A stretch of DNA of 61,595 nt from Spirochaetaceae bacterium UBA5200 (lineage in GTDB: Bacteria > Spirochaetota > Spirochaetia > Treponematales > UBA12059). Below the pieces are notes generated by a model. It was not told where the DNA came from. It made no database searches and saw only the letters and a list, made by a program, of their open reading frames with translations. The position numbers and the translations under genes are program-made. This document shows, piece after piece, positions 46,455-56,811 of the stretch (its first letter is position 1; every line of letters starts with the position of its first letter). Where the stretch lies: NCBI GenBank assembly GCA_002412825.1, contig DHVU01000005.1:1-61595 (forward strand), given 5' to 3'.

Positions 46455-46490
46455 CGAGAAAAAAGGCGGGAAGGCACTAATCCCTCCCGC
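46455..46490 (-). terminator. ileS intrinsic terminator (hairpin GCGGGAGGG...CCTTCCCGC followed by T-tract on the minus strand)
   Basis: Plus-strand A-tract plus GC stem read directly downstream of the ileS stop. Confidence 0.55.
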
Positions 46491-46539
46491 CCCTGCCGTT
46501 AAAACGGAAGCGACGCTCCATGCAGCGCCTGATCGTTAA

Positions 46540-49500
46540 TCAGGCCTTGCTCAGCGCTATATTCCAGCTCTGCTCTCCGGCCTCTATGCTCGTCATGCCG
46601 GTCTTTTCCTCCCATGACAGCGAACTGGCCAGGGTCTCGGAACGCACGAACTCCTCATGGCTGTCCAAGGCCCGCTTGAAGGCGTCACTGCCGAATATGA
46701 ACAGGTCTATGCGATCAGTCACGGCCAGGCCTGAGTCCTTGCGCAGAGTCTGCACCCCGCGTACCAGGTCACGTATATTGCCTTCGTCCAGGAGTTCCTG
46801 GCTTATATCGGTGTCCAGGGCTACGGTTAGGCTGCCTTCATTGAGCACTTTAAGGCCTTCGCGCTCCTCGCGTCGCACGTCGACTTTGTCCTTGGTAATT
46901 TCTATCGATTTACCCGCCACTTCCACCATGAGGGACGAGCCTTCAAGAAGGCCGGCTATCTGGCGGCCGGACAGCTGCTCTATGAGGGCCGCTCCTTCCT
47001 TCATGTCTTTGCCCAGCTCCTTGCCAAGTATCCTGAAATTTGCCTTAGCCGAGTAGCGTACCAGTTCCTCCTCGTCCTCGCGGAAGAGCAGCTCCTTGAC
47101 GTTCAGTTCGTCGCGGATGATATCCTCCATCTCAAGGAGCACGGCGCGCTCGCGCTCTTCGCGGGTAACGAGCTGTACCGATGCCAGGGGCTGCCGTATC
47201 TTAAGCTCATGCTGGTAGCGCAGCGCGCGGCCCATGCTTACCGCCTTGCGTACGGTAGCCATTTTCCATTCCAGCTCTTCGTCGCGGTAGGCCTGGTCGT
47301 ATTCGGGATAGCGGGCAAGGTGCACGCTCGCCGCTTCACCCTCTCTGCGCAGGTTCTGCCACATCGTCTCGCTTATAAAAGGCGCTATGGGGGCTACGAG
47401 CAGGGTAAGGCGCTTAAGCGCGCGATTGAGCACCTGGTAGGCCTCCATCTTGTCGCTATCGCTGCCCGAGCGCCAGAAGCGCCTGCGGGATCGGCGTATG
47501 TACCAATTATTAAGCGCGTCGATGAAGTCCACCATGGGGTCTATGGCTCGCTGCATGTCGTAGGCCTCGAGCCCCGCGCCCACGTCGCGCACCATGGTCT
47601 CGCATACCGACAGTATCCAGCGGTCCATGGGATTGGCCGGCTCCGTGGGCGCCTCGCCCGGCTCTATCTTGTCTATGTTCGCGTAGGTAATGAAGAAGCT
47701 GTACGCGTTCCACAGGGGCAGGAGTATGCTCTTAAGCACTTCCTTTACCCCCTCGTCGGAGTAGCACAGGTCGTCGGCCCGGGTAACCGGCGAGCGCATA
47801 AGGAAGATGCGCAGCGCGTCCGCGCCGAATTGCTCCATGACCTTCATGGGGTCGGTGTAATTGCGCAGGCTCTTGGACATCTTTTTGCCGTCCTCGGCGA
47901 GCACGAGGCCGTTCACCACGCAGGCTTTGAACGCCGGCTTGTCGAAGAGCGCCGCGGCGAGCACGGTGAGGGTGTAGAACCAGCCGCGGGTCTGGTCGAG
48001 GCCCTCGCATATAAAGTCGGCGGGGAAATGTTCCTCGAAATGCTTCTTGTCCTTGAAGGGGTAGTGCACTTGGGCATAGGGCATGGAGCCGGACTCGAAC
48101 CAGCAGTCCAGAACCTCGGGTATGCGCCTCATGCTGCCTGCGCAACCCTCCGTCGCGCAGGGCCATGCTATGTCGTCCACGAAGTGCTTGTGCAGGTCGG
48201 CGGGCCGTTGGCCGGAGAGGCTTTCCAGTTCGTCGCGGGAGCCTACGCATATAGTCTTGCCGCAGTCCTCGCACTTCCATATAGGCAGCGGATTGCCCCA
48301 GTAGCGGTTGCGGCTGATGGACCAGTCGCGGGCGTTCTCCAGCCACTTGCCAAAGCGTCCGTCCTTGATGTGGGCGGGGTTCCAATATACCTGCTGGTTA
48401 GCGGCGAGCATCTTGGGCTTTATGGGGTCTATCTTGACGAACCAGCTCGATATGGCCCGGTATATGAGGGGGCTCGAGCAGCGCCAGCAATGGGGATAGG
48501 CGTGCAGGTACTGCTCGCGCTTTACGAGCTTGCCTTCGGCTTTAAGAGCCTCAATGATAGGCTTGTCGGCGTCCTTGACGAACATGCCGGCGTAGTCCTT
48601 CACCTCGGGGCCGAATTTGCATTCGCCGTCTATGGGGCAGATCGTGGGCACGCCCGTGCCCTTGAGGGTGTTGTAGTCGTCCTCGCCGAAGCCGGGGGCC
48701 GTGTGCACGATGCCCGTGCCGTCCTCGGTAGTGACGTAGTCCGCCGCGTGCATGGCAAAGCCGCCCTTGGCCGCCAGCTCTGCAAAATAGGGGAAGAGGG
48801 GCTCATAGCGCGCGCCTACGAAGGCCGAGCCCTTGAAGCGGCCGACGATCTTCACGGCGGCAGGATCTTTATAGTAAGAAGCCAGGCGGGACTCGGCCAG
48901 CACGTAGCGTTCATTCCCGTCCTGCACGAGCGCATAGTCCAAGTCCGCTCCTATGGCAAGGGCCAGGTTGGAGGGCAGGGTCCAGGGCGTGGTCGTCCAG
49001 GCGAGGAAGTAGGTGGAACCGTCGGCCAGAGCCTTGGCGGGTCCTGAAGGAGGGTCGGCCGTTATCTTGAATTTTACGGTTATGGCGGGGTCGTGCACGT
49101 CTTTGTAGCCGCCAAGCTGCAGTTCGTGGTTGGATAGCACGGTGGAGCAGCGCGGGCAATAGGGCATGATGGTATGGCCTTCATATACCAGCTCCTGCTC
49201 CCAGAGGCGCTTTACCACCCACCATATCGATTCCATATAGTCGGGGTCCATGGTCTTGTAGTCGTGGTCAAAGTCCACCCAGCGGCCTAGGCGCGTCACT
49301 ATCCTGCGCCACTCGCCGGTGTAGCGGAGCACGATGGAGCGGCAGGATTCGTTAAACTTTGCCACGCCGTAGGCTTCCACCTCGGTCTTGCCCGATATGC
49401 CGAGCTCTTTTTCCATCTCGTACTCAACGGGCAGGCCGTGGCAGTCCCAGCCGAAGCGGCGGTCCACCTTGAAGCCCTTCATGGTCTTGTAGCGCGGAAT

Positions 49501-49701
49501 AATGTCCTTGATCGTTCCCGGCACGAAATGCCCAAAGTGCGGCAGGCCCGTGGCAAAGGGTGGGCCGTCGTAAAACACGTATTCGGGAGAGCCCTCGCGC
49601 TCCGATACGGATTTTTCAAAGGTGCGGTTTTCGCGCCAGAACGCGAGCACCTCTTCCTCCATCGCGGGGAAGTTTACTTTGGGGTCTACGCTCTTATACA
49701 T
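46540..49701 (-). CDS. ileS: Isoleucyl-tRNA synthetase
   Basis: 1053 aa with class I HIGH-like PHFGHF and KMSKS motifs, plus editing domain. Confidence 0.95.
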   Translation of the reverse strand: MYKSVDPKVNFPAMEEEVLAFWRENRTFEKSVSEREGSPEYVFYDGPPFATGLPHFGHFVPGTIKDIIPRYKTMKGFKVDRRFGWDCHGLPVEYEMEKELGISGKTEVEAYGVAKFNESCRSIVLRYTGEWRRIVTRLGRWVDFDHDYKTMDPDYMESIWWVVKRLWEQELVYEGHTIMPYCPRCSTVLSNHELQLGGYKDVHDPAITVKFKITADPPSGPAKALADGSTYFLAWTTTPWTLPSNLALAIGADLDYALVQDGNERYVLAESRLASYYKDPAAVKIVGRFKGSAFVGARYEPLFPYFAELAAKGGFAMHAADYVTTEDGTGIVHTAPGFGEDDYNTLKGTGVPTICPIDGECKFGPEVKDYAGMFVKDADKPIIEALKAEGKLVKREQYLHAYPHCWRCSSPLIYRAISSWFVKIDPIKPKMLAANQQVYWNPAHIKDGRFGKWLENARDWSISRNRYWGNPLPIWKCEDCGKTICVGSRDELESLSGQRPADLHKHFVDDIAWPCATEGCAGSMRRIPEVLDCWFESGSMPYAQVHYPFKDKKHFEEHFPADFICEGLDQTRGWFYTLTVLAAALFDKPAFKACVVNGLVLAEDGKKMSKSLRNYTDPMKVMEQFGADALRIFLMRSPVTRADDLCYSDEGVKEVLKSILLPLWNAYSFFITYANIDKIEPGEAPTEPANPMDRWILSVCETMVRDVGAGLEAYDMQRAIDPMVDFIDALNNWYIRRSRRRFWRSGSDSDKMEAYQVLNRALKRLTLLVAPIAPFISETMWQNLRREGEAASVHLARYPEYDQAYRDEELEWKMATVRKAVSMGRALRYQHELKIRQPLASVQLVTREERERAVLLEMEDIIRDELNVKELLFREDEEELVRYSAKANFRILGKELGKDMKEGAALIEQLSGRQIAGLLEGSSLMVEVAGKSIEITKDKVDVRREEREGLKVLNEGSLTVALDTDISQELLDEGNIRDLVRGVQTLRKDSGLAVTDRIDLFIFGSDAFKRALDSHEEFVRSETLASSLSWEEKTGMTSIEAGEQSWNIALSKA

Positions 49702-49834
49702 GGTTGCTCCTGGAAAACGATAGTGGCCGGCCCTTCCGCGCTACCGAACTGGGGCCTGCGGCCTTATTTTTTTGAGTATGCCATAAAGAAAGGATAAAAT
49801 TCCAGTATCAGCTGCTTGACAAAGCGTAGAAATT

Positions 49835-49871
49835 GTATGATACATACATTGTACTATAAGACTAATACAAT
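49835..49871. promoter_or_regulatory. Palindromes GTATGATACATAC and ATTGTA-N12-TACAAT in the gntR/ileS divergent region (candidate GntR operators)
   Basis: GT...AC-type inverted repeats immediately upstream of the gntR RBS; TTGACA at 49815-49820. Confidence 0.3.
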
Positions 49872-49891
49872 AGGACGAAGGAGCTTGAACC

Positions 49892-50326
49892 GTGGCGCCA
49901 GAATCGGATAGAAAGCCCATTCAATTTAACCTTGATCCTAAGAGCGGCGTGCCTTACTACAAGCAGATCATACTGCAGGTGGAATTCGCCATAGCCGACG
50001 GGCGCTTCGCCACGGGCGACCAGCTGCCTACGGTGCGAAGCTTGGCGGTCGATCTCAAGATCAATCCCAACACGGTAGCCCGCGCCTACAACGAGTTGGA
50101 AATACGGGGCATCGTGAACACCCAGCAGGGGACGGGCACTTTTATTAGCGATAAGCAGATAAAGCTTACCGAGGTGGAGCGCGAAGGCATGCTCGACACT
50201 CTGGTGCGGCCGCTTATCAGTAAGGCTGCCAGTTACGGCTTTGCGATGGCGGAAGTCCTGGATGCGGTACGCGACGCATACAAAGGCATAGTACAGAATG
50301 AGGAGGAACAGCATGATATTCTTTAG
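49892..50326 (+). CDS. GntR-family transcriptional regulator
   Basis: Winged HTH LPTVRSLAVDLKINPNTVARAYNELE; GTG start with AAGGAG RBS. Confidence 0.8.
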   Translation: MAPESDRKPIQFNLDPKSGVPYYKQIILQVEFAIADGRFATGDQLPTVRSLAVDLKINPNTVARAYNELEIRGIVNTQQGTGTFISDKQIKLTEVEREGMLDTLVRPLISKAASYGFAMAEVLDAVRDAYKGIVQNEEEQHDIL

Positions 50327-51461
50327 GAATAAAAACGATGGCGCGCCTAATCCGCGTATAATCAACCCGCCGGCCCGCAAAGCTTCAGGCGATTTCTCGT
50401 TCAGCATTTTTTCGTTCCTGTTCATGATGGTCATAGCCTCGCTCGGAGCGGCCCTTGGCGGCATAGCCTTCGGGGCGCTGAGCCCGGCCCTGCTTATACG
50501 AGGCTACGCGGCTCTGGTGTTCGTCGCCGTGCTCTACGCGGCCTTTCCCAGCTGGAACGCCTTTATCTACGCCCTCATGCTGGACCTGGCAATCCTGTTC
50601 TCCGCTACCGGGCTAAAAGGCGAATGGGCTCTTCTATCCTACGAGCTTGAGCCATCGCAGCTGCCCTTTATAGCCGGCGTAGCCCTGGCGGCCGTCATAG
50701 GACCCTGCGTGCAGGTGGTGGCTCAGTGGGATAAGGCTTTGATACTCAGGCTGGGGCGCTTTCATAAGGTAAAGGGACCCGGTATGTTCCTGCTTGCGCC
50801 TCTGGTGGATCGCTGCGCGGCCGTCGTCGACACGCGCATACGCGTCACCGACTTCAGCGCCGAGCGCATACTTACCCGCGACACGGTACCCATACACGTG
50901 GATGCCCTGGCGTTCTGGATGATATGGGACACCCAGAAAGCCATACTCGAGGTGGAGGATTTCCTGGAGGCCGTTACCCTGTCGGCCCAGACGGCGCTGC
51001 GCGATTCCGTGGGCAAATACAGCCTCTCCACCCTGCTCTCCGAGCGGGAGACGCTATACCGCGAAATACAGAGCATACTCGACGCCAAGACCAATCCCTG
51101 GGGCATAACGATACTGAGCGTGGAATTCGTGGATATACAGCTGCCCAAGGATTTAGAAGACGTGATGAGCCGCCAGGCCCAAGCCGAGCGCGAGAAGAAG
51201 GCGCGGCTCTTCCTGGCGGAGGCCGAGCTCGAGGTTGCGGGAAAATTCGTGGAGGCCTCTGAACTGTACAAAGGCAATCCCGAGGCCTTGAACCTGCGGG
51301 GCATGAATATGGTATACGACGCTATCAAGGCGCGCGGCAGTATGGTACTTCTGCCTTCCAACGCCTTGCAGAGCATGAACATAGGCTCCGTGCTGGGCAC
51401 GGCGAGCATGGCAAAGGCTACTGGCGGGCAAGAAGCCGCGCCAGCTCATGAGGAGGCTTAA
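50313..51461 (+). CDS. SPFH/band-7 (stomatin/prohibitin-like) membrane protein
   Basis: N-terminal TM helices then SPFH domain. Start after GAGGAGGA overlaps the gntR end by 14 nt. Confidence 0.8.
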   Translation: MIFFRNKNDGAPNPRIINPPARKASGDFSFSIFSFLFMMVIASLGAALGGIAFGALSPALLIRGYAALVFVAVLYAAFPSWNAFIYALMLDLAILFSATGLKGEWALLSYELEPSQLPFIAGVALAAVIGPCVQVVAQWDKALILRLGRFHKVKGPGMFLLAPLVDRCAAVVDTRIRVTDFSAERILTRDTVPIHVDALAFWMIWDTQKAILEVEDFLEAVTLSAQTALRDSVGKYSLSTLLSERETLYREIQSILDAKTNPWGITILSVEFVDIQLPKDLEDVMSRQAQAEREKKARLFLAEAELEVAGKFVEASELYKGNPEALNLRGMNMVYDAIKARGSMVLLPSNALQSMNIGSVLGTASMAKATGGQEAAPAHEEA

Positions 51462-52151
51462 ATGGCTGCTATTTTACAGTTGGAACAGGTACGCAAGACC
51501 TATATCAAGGGAGAGAACCAGGTCCATGCCCTCGCTGGCGTCGACCTTACGATAGAGCAGGGAGAGTTCCTGGCGGTGGTGGGGCCTTCGGGCTCGGGCA
51601 AGACCACGCTGCTTAATATCGTGGGCTGCCTCGACTCGCCAAGTTCGGGCAGGGTGCTCTATAAGGGCGAGTCCCTAGGCGCCATGAAAGAGGATCAGCT
51701 GTCCGATTACCGCAAGGAGCACATATCCTTCATTTTTCAATCCTATAACCTTATACCCGTGCTCACGGTGCGCGAGAACGTGGAATTGCCCCTGGTCATA
51801 GAGCGCAAGCTATCCAAAGAGGCTATACGGGCCAAGGCCGACGAGGTGATAGCCTCGGTGGGGCTCAAGGGCTTAGGCGAGCGCTACCCAAGGGAGCTGT
51901 CGGGCGGACAGGAGCAGCGCGTCGCCATAGCGCGGGCCCTGGTTAAGGAGCCCTACATAGTGCTGGCCGATGAGCCCACGGCCAACCTCGACTCGCATAC
52001 CGCCGAGGAGATCGTCGACATCATGCGCGAGATCAATAGGACTAAAGGCGCCACCTTTATTTTCAGCACGCACGACCCCCTGGTGCAGAAGCACGCCAGG
52101 CGCGTGCTTACCATACGGGACGGCCTGGTGCACGCCGACGAGCGGAAGTAG
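51462..52151 (+). CDS. ABC transporter ATP-binding protein (LolD/MacB-type)
   Basis: Walker A GPSGSGKTT, signature LSGGQEQR, Walker B VLADEPT. Confidence 0.9.
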   Translation: MAAILQLEQVRKTYIKGENQVHALAGVDLTIEQGEFLAVVGPSGSGKTTLLNIVGCLDSPSSGRVLYKGESLGAMKEDQLSDYRKEHISFIFQSYNLIPVLTVRENVELPLVIERKLSKEAIRAKADEVIASVGLKGLGERYPRELSGGQEQRVAIARALVKEPYIVLADEPTANLDSHTAEEIVDIMREINRTKGATFIFSTHDPLVQKHARRVLTIRDGLVHADERK

Positions 52152-52160
52152 GGGGGCGAT

Positions 52161-53411
52161 ATGGGAACCCTGTTCAAGATAGCCTGGCGAAACGTGTGGC
52201 GCCACGGCAAGCGCACCGCGCTTACCATAATAACGATGGCCTTCGGCCTGGGCCTCTACATTGGCATGGACTCTATGCTCAAGGGCATGGACCGCAGCGG
52301 CCTGGACAATATCATTAACTTAAGCGACTCGTCGCTGCGCGTGTCGACCAAGGCGTACGAGGAGGAACGGCAGAGCTATCCCCTCGATTACGGCCTTCCT
52401 GACCCGTCCGCCCTCGAGGCCTTCATAGCCCGCGATACCCTGGTCGAGGCCACCAGCGTGCGCACGCGCTTTGTAGGGCAATTGTCCAACGGCGTGGATT
52501 CCATACCCGTGCTGGCGGTGGCCGTTGAGCCCGAGCGCGACGCACGGGTGCTCATGCTGGCCGACTTTACCGAGGGCTCGTGGTTCGGCAACGGAGGCGA
52601 GCGCCAAGTCGTGCTTGGCTTCAGGCTGGCGGCCGACCTTGGCCTGGCCGTAGGCGACTGGGTTACCCTCGCCGCGCGCACGCGCTACGAGGCGCAGAAC
52701 GCCGACGACTTCCAGGTAGTTGGCCTCATCAATTCCTCGGAGCCGAGCATCAACGCAAGCGGCGTATTCGTCGACATGGCGGACGCCGAAACCTTCCTTG
52801 AATTGGACGGGCTACGCACCGAGATCATAGTCAAGATGGAGCGCCGCGTGAATCTTACGGACGCCATGAAGGATTCGGACGGCCTGGCGGTCGCCATCGA
52901 GGCGGCATACCCGGCTTTGGACGCGCAGAGCTTCGGCGACGTGGGCAGGCAGTTCCTTGAGCTTGCCAAAGCCAAGTCCAAGTCCATCGGTATGATCATC
53001 TTCATTATGATGCTCATAGCGGGCGTTGGCATAGCCAATACCATATTGATGAGCGTGTATTCCCGCATACGGGAGATAGGGGTGCTCAGGGCCTTCGGCT
53101 TCAAGCCTAAGGACATATCCCGGCTCTTCCTGATAGAGGGCGGCATCATAGGATGCGTGGGCTCGCTAGCCGGCGTGCTCTTCGGCATAGGCCTGGATGC
53201 TTACTTCATATTCGTCGGATTTCCCGTCGAGTCCATGATGGGAGAGATCGATATGGGCCTGCCCATATGGGGCAACTTGTATGGCGAATGGAACCCGGAC
53301 CAGATGGTCGTGGCGGCCGTGGTTGGCGTGCTCGTGGCGCTCTTTTCCAGCCGCTCGCCGGCGCGCAAGGCTTCCCGCCTTGAAGTGACCAACGCGCTGC
53401 GTTTCGTATAA
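52161..53411 (+). CDS. ABC transporter permease, FtsX/MacB-like (LolC/E-type)
   Basis: N-terminal TM, large periplasmic domain and C-terminal FtsX 3-TM bundle. Confidence 0.85.
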   Translation: MGTLFKIAWRNVWRHGKRTALTIITMAFGLGLYIGMDSMLKGMDRSGLDNIINLSDSSLRVSTKAYEEERQSYPLDYGLPDPSALEAFIARDTLVEATSVRTRFVGQLSNGVDSIPVLAVAVEPERDARVLMLADFTEGSWFGNGGERQVVLGFRLAADLGLAVGDWVTLAARTRYEAQNADDFQVVGLINSSEPSINASGVFVDMADAETFLELDGLRTEIIVKMERRVNLTDAMKDSDGLAVAIEAAYPALDAQSFGDVGRQFLELAKAKSKSIGMIIFIMMLIAGVGIANTILMSVYSRIREIGVLRAFGFKPKDISRLFLIEGGIIGCVGSLAGVLFGIGLDAYFIFVGFPVESMMGEIDMGLPIWGNLYGEWNPDQMVVAAVVGVLVALFSSRSPARKASRLEVTNALRFV

Positions 53412-53421
53412 GGAGGGCGCA

Positions 53422-54672
53422 ATGAACTGGATACTAGGCATGGCGCTTCGCAATATTAAGCGCAACAAGCGGCGCACGGCCCTGGCCGTATCGTCCATAG
53501 CGCTCTCGGTAATGCTGATGACTTTTTTAGGGGGCTTTGTAAGCGGCATCCTGGACAATATGGTGCGTAACCTGACGCGGAGCGAGACGGGCCATGTGCG
53601 CGTCGTTACCAAAGGCTTCGAGGCCCGCTCTCGCTTCATGCCCGTGGACGAACTTGTGCCTGACCCACAGGCCGTGATAGCGGCCATAGAGGGCATACCT
53701 GAGCTTCAAGGCCGCTTGAGCGTGGTGAGCCAGCGTATGCTCTTTGGCACCCTTTTGTCCAACGGCCCGAACACCAAAGCCGCCATGGGCTTTTCAGGCG
53801 ACCCCGAAAAGGAGAAGAGCCTGCTCAACCTTGACCGCAGCATCGTGGACGGCCGCTACTTAAGCGGGCCGGGCGAGGCTATACTGGGCAAGAAGCTCGC
53901 GGACGCGCTGGGATTCACCGTAGGCGACACGGTGCGGGTGGTAACCCAAGGCTCGGACTACGGCTTGCGGCTTAAGCGCTTCACCGTGACGGGCATATTC
54001 TCAAGCGGGCTGTATCAGCTGGACTCGACGGTGTTCCAGGTGCCGGTAAGCGACGCCAAGGACTTCTTGCGCACCGACGGCGGGGCGCAGCAGGTGCTGG
54101 TCATGCTCAAGAATTACCGCGACGCGGACGATGCGGCCGCGCTAATCAGGGACGCCTTGGCCGGACTTCCAGGCAGCGAGGATCTCCTCGTGCAGCCCTG
54201 GACCGCTATAGGCGACTACCCCCGCCTCATCCGGATGATGGCGGGCATATACGAGTATGTATTCTTCGTGGTGGCCTTCTTAGGCGCCTTCATCATTACC
54301 AATATACTGATGATGGTGGTGCTCGAGCGCCGCAGGGAAATAGGCATACTCAAGGCCATGGGCCTTAAGCGGCGCGAAGTGCTCAGGCTCTTCCTGGCCG
54401 AAGGCGCGGTCATGGGCGGCATAGGCAGCGGCATAGGAGCCATGCTCGGCCTCGGGCTTTGCTACCTGTTCTCGATATACGGCTTGGATTTCAGCGACGC
54501 GATGGGCTCGCTTACCTTTCCTATAGACCCGATATTCTATGCGCGCTTCAATCCGCTCGACGGGCTCAAGATGTTCGCCATTGGCCTCGTCGTGTCCATG
54601 GTGATGTCCATAAGCCCCAGTTGGCGGGCGGGACGCATGAACGCGGTAGACGCGATAAAGAGCGTAGCGTAA
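53422..54672 (+). CDS. ABC transporter permease, FtsX/MacB-like (second copy)
   Basis: Same architecture as the preceding gene. Confidence 0.85.
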   Translation: MNWILGMALRNIKRNKRRTALAVSSIALSVMLMTFLGGFVSGILDNMVRNLTRSETGHVRVVTKGFEARSRFMPVDELVPDPQAVIAAIEGIPELQGRLSVVSQRMLFGTLLSNGPNTKAAMGFSGDPEKEKSLLNLDRSIVDGRYLSGPGEAILGKKLADALGFTVGDTVRVVTQGSDYGLRLKRFTVTGIFSSGLYQLDSTVFQVPVSDAKDFLRTDGGAQQVLVMLKNYRDADDAAALIRDALAGLPGSEDLLVQPWTAIGDYPRLIRMMAGIYEYVFFVVAFLGAFIITNILMMVVLERRREIGILKAMGLKRREVLRLFLAEGAVMGGIGSGIGAMLGLGLCYLFSIYGLDFSDAMGSLTFPIDPIFYARFNPLDGLKMFAIGLVVSMVMSISPSWRAGRMNAVDAIKSVA

Positions 54673-54696
54673 GCAGCATGAGAGGAGTCAGCGATA

Positions 54697-55493
54697 TGAA
54701 CACACGACTAACGAGAAGGCCCCTGCGGGCTATAGCCGCTATACTGGTAGCGGGATCCATGGTTCTATCAGCGACGGCGCAGTCCACGGGGATTCAAGGC
54801 ACTGCGGCCTTGCCCGCCCTGGGCGGCCTGGAGATCATGAAACGCGTGGATCAGAACATGACCATAAGCACCATCGCCTACATAGGAACTATGGAAATCG
54901 ACCTAGGTAAACGGGTGCTCCTTAAAGAGATGCGCGTAGTGGCGCAAGGCGAGGGCAGGTCCTTCGTCGAATTCACCAATCCCGAAGACCGGGGCGTGCG
55001 TTACTTGAAGGTGGACAAAGACCTGTGGATGTACTTTCCCGCGGAACAGGAGACCATAAAGATATCCGGGCATCTGCTCAAAGAAGGCCTTATGGGCTCG
55101 GACGTATCCTACGAGGATGCCCTGGAGTCCGGGGCCATAGCCGACAAGTACGATATACGCGTTCTCGGCAGCGAAACGCTGGACGGCAGGCTCTGCTATG
55201 TGCTGGATCTGAGCGCCAAGGTACGCGAGGTCAATTATGAACGGCAGAAGCTCTGGGTTGACGCAGAGCGCTTCGTTACCCTCAAGACCGAGCTTTACGC
55301 CAAGAGCGGCAGGCTCCTCAAGGAAAGCCGCGCGCTTGAGGTGAAGGCCTTCGGTAGCCGCTGGTTCATTACTAAGCTACGCATGGAAGACAAGCTCAAG
55401 AAGGGCGGCGGTACCCTCTTTACGATGCGGGAGCTGCAGTTCGGCGTGAGCCTGCCCGCCGACATGTTCAGCCTACAGCGCCTCAGCCGCTAG
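54697..55493 (+). CDS. LolA-like outer-membrane lipoprotein-sorting protein family
   Basis: Signal peptide; motif RGVRYLKVDKDLWMYFPAEQETIKIS resembles the LolA_like family that accompanies MacB-type transporters. Start at internal ATG MNTRL. Confidence 0.55.
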
Positions 55494-55502
55494 GGGCCGG
55501 CT

Positions 55503-56684
55503 ATGAAACAAGCGCTCGTACTGATAATTGCCGCGGCGGCACAGTGTTTCCTCTCGCCGGCCCTGCTTGCGCAGGATAACGGCAGCGCTTTTGACGCGGA
55601 TAGTTTTTTCGGCTCCGCTGCGTCAGGCTCTAGCGTTAGCGGAGACGCAGGCGAACCGGCTGGCGCGCCGGGCCCCATTTACCTCGGCTCCTATGAGAGG
55701 CCCACGGGCCTGTCATTCACCGGTGAGGCGAGCGCCGACCTTATTTATGTCATTACCGAGCCCTTCAGCGCCGCGGAGCGCACGGGGTCCTACCGCGGCC
55801 TAAGTGGGCTGCGTATCGACGCCTTAGGAGGAGACCGCAACACCGCCAAACTTGAAGCGTCGGCCCTCGCAGGCATGCTGTATAGCGACGCCGCGCAGGA
55901 AGGCCTGCTGTCTTTCGAACTTAAGAAACTCTATCTATCGGTGCACACGCCCCGGGCGGATCTATCCGTTGGCCGCATGATCATAAACTACGGCAGGGGC
56001 ACGGCCTTTTCTCCTGTGGATCTCTTCTCCAGCCTCGATACGAGCGGGCTTAAGCTCGGGCGTACGGGTAGCGACGCCCTGCGGGTGCTTGTGCCTCTTT
56101 CGGATTTTTCCGGCATCGACGCGGTGGCCGGTATAGCAGGCGCCCCCGAGCTCGGCATAGCCGGGCTGCGGCACTATGGAAACGCGCTGGGCGTAGACTA
56201 TGGCTTATCGGCCTTCCGCGACGGCTCGCGAGGAGGCGACGGAGAACTCGTACTAGGCCTTGACCTCAAGGGCGACCTTGAGCTGGGCATATCGGCGGAG
56301 GCTTTGGCCCGCCTTCCCTTTGACGGCCTTCGGCTCGATGGGGCCCAAGCCGTGTACAGCCTCATGTTTGGCCTGGACTATTCCATAGGCGGGCGCTGGT
56401 TCTTTGACCTTGAGGGGCTGTGGAACATACGCGCAGGCAACGCTGAGGCAGCCGGCGCCTTCAGTCAACGCGCCCATGGCTTCGCCTCGCTTTCGTGGAA
56501 GCCCGACGAGCTTAACGCCTTGGACTTGCGCGGCTTCTACGCGTCCGACGGGAGCACTCAGGTCATGATGTCAGCCGCGCGGGATATCGCAGCGGGGGCG
56601 AGCCTGGCGGCCTACGCGCAGTATGCCTCGTTGAGCTCAGGCGAGAGCATAGCGATAGGCGCCAGGCTGAGCGTAGCCTATTAG
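55503..56684 (+). CDS. Secreted protein, hypothetical (possible outer-membrane beta-barrel)
   Basis: Signal peptide ending ALLAQ; Gly/Ala/Ser-rich alternating pattern; last gene of the transporter cluster. Confidence 0.4.
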   Translation: MKQALVLIIAAAAQCFLSPALLAQDNGSAFDADSFFGSAASGSSVSGDAGEPAGAPGPIYLGSYERPTGLSFTGEASADLIYVITEPFSAAERTGSYRGLSGLRIDALGGDRNTAKLEASALAGMLYSDAAQEGLLSFELKKLYLSVHTPRADLSVGRMIINYGRGTAFSPVDLFSSLDTSGLKLGRTGSDALRVLVPLSDFSGIDAVAGIAGAPELGIAGLRHYGNALGVDYGLSAFRDGSRGGDGELVLGLDLKGDLELGISAEALARLPFDGLRLDGAQAVYSLMFGLDYSIGGRWFFDLEGLWNIRAGNAEAAGAFSQRAHGFASLSWKPDELNALDLRGFYASDGSTQVMMSAARDIAAGASLAAYAQYASLSSGESIAIGARLSVAY

Positions 56685-56692
56685 GTTTTATT

Positions 56693-56808
56693 TAGTTCCT
56701 CGAACCTTGTGTCTAGGGTAGTGGAAGCACTAGTTGTTGTGGCGAGGATTAGCTACCCACTACCACTATGTGTGCCGCCAGTATAGAACCACAAGCTTCG
56801 AGGAACTA
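56693..56808. repeat. MITE/REP-like element copy 3 (TIRs TAGTTCCTCGAACCTTGTGT ... ACACAAGCTTCGAGGAACTA)
   Basis: 19/20 and 20/20 TIR matches; internal nested inverted repeat GGTAGTGG/CCACTACC; fills the gap between two convergent genes. Confidence 0.8.
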
Positions 56809-56811
56809 ATC

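Noticed and set aside
47209-49047. 612-aa ORF antisense to ileS, plus many other long antisense ORFs (for example 20355-21161, 29841-30692, 31250-31955, 371-832)
   Set aside because: Typical stop-codon-poor antisense frames of GC-rich genes. They show Arg/Ala/Gly/Pro-rich compositions, no RBS, and overlap well-supported conserved genes.
49702-49891. T-box leader upstream of ileS
   Set aside because: The leader is only about 190 nt and is shared with the divergent gntR promoter. No specifier-loop, T-box or antiterminator motif is recognisable.
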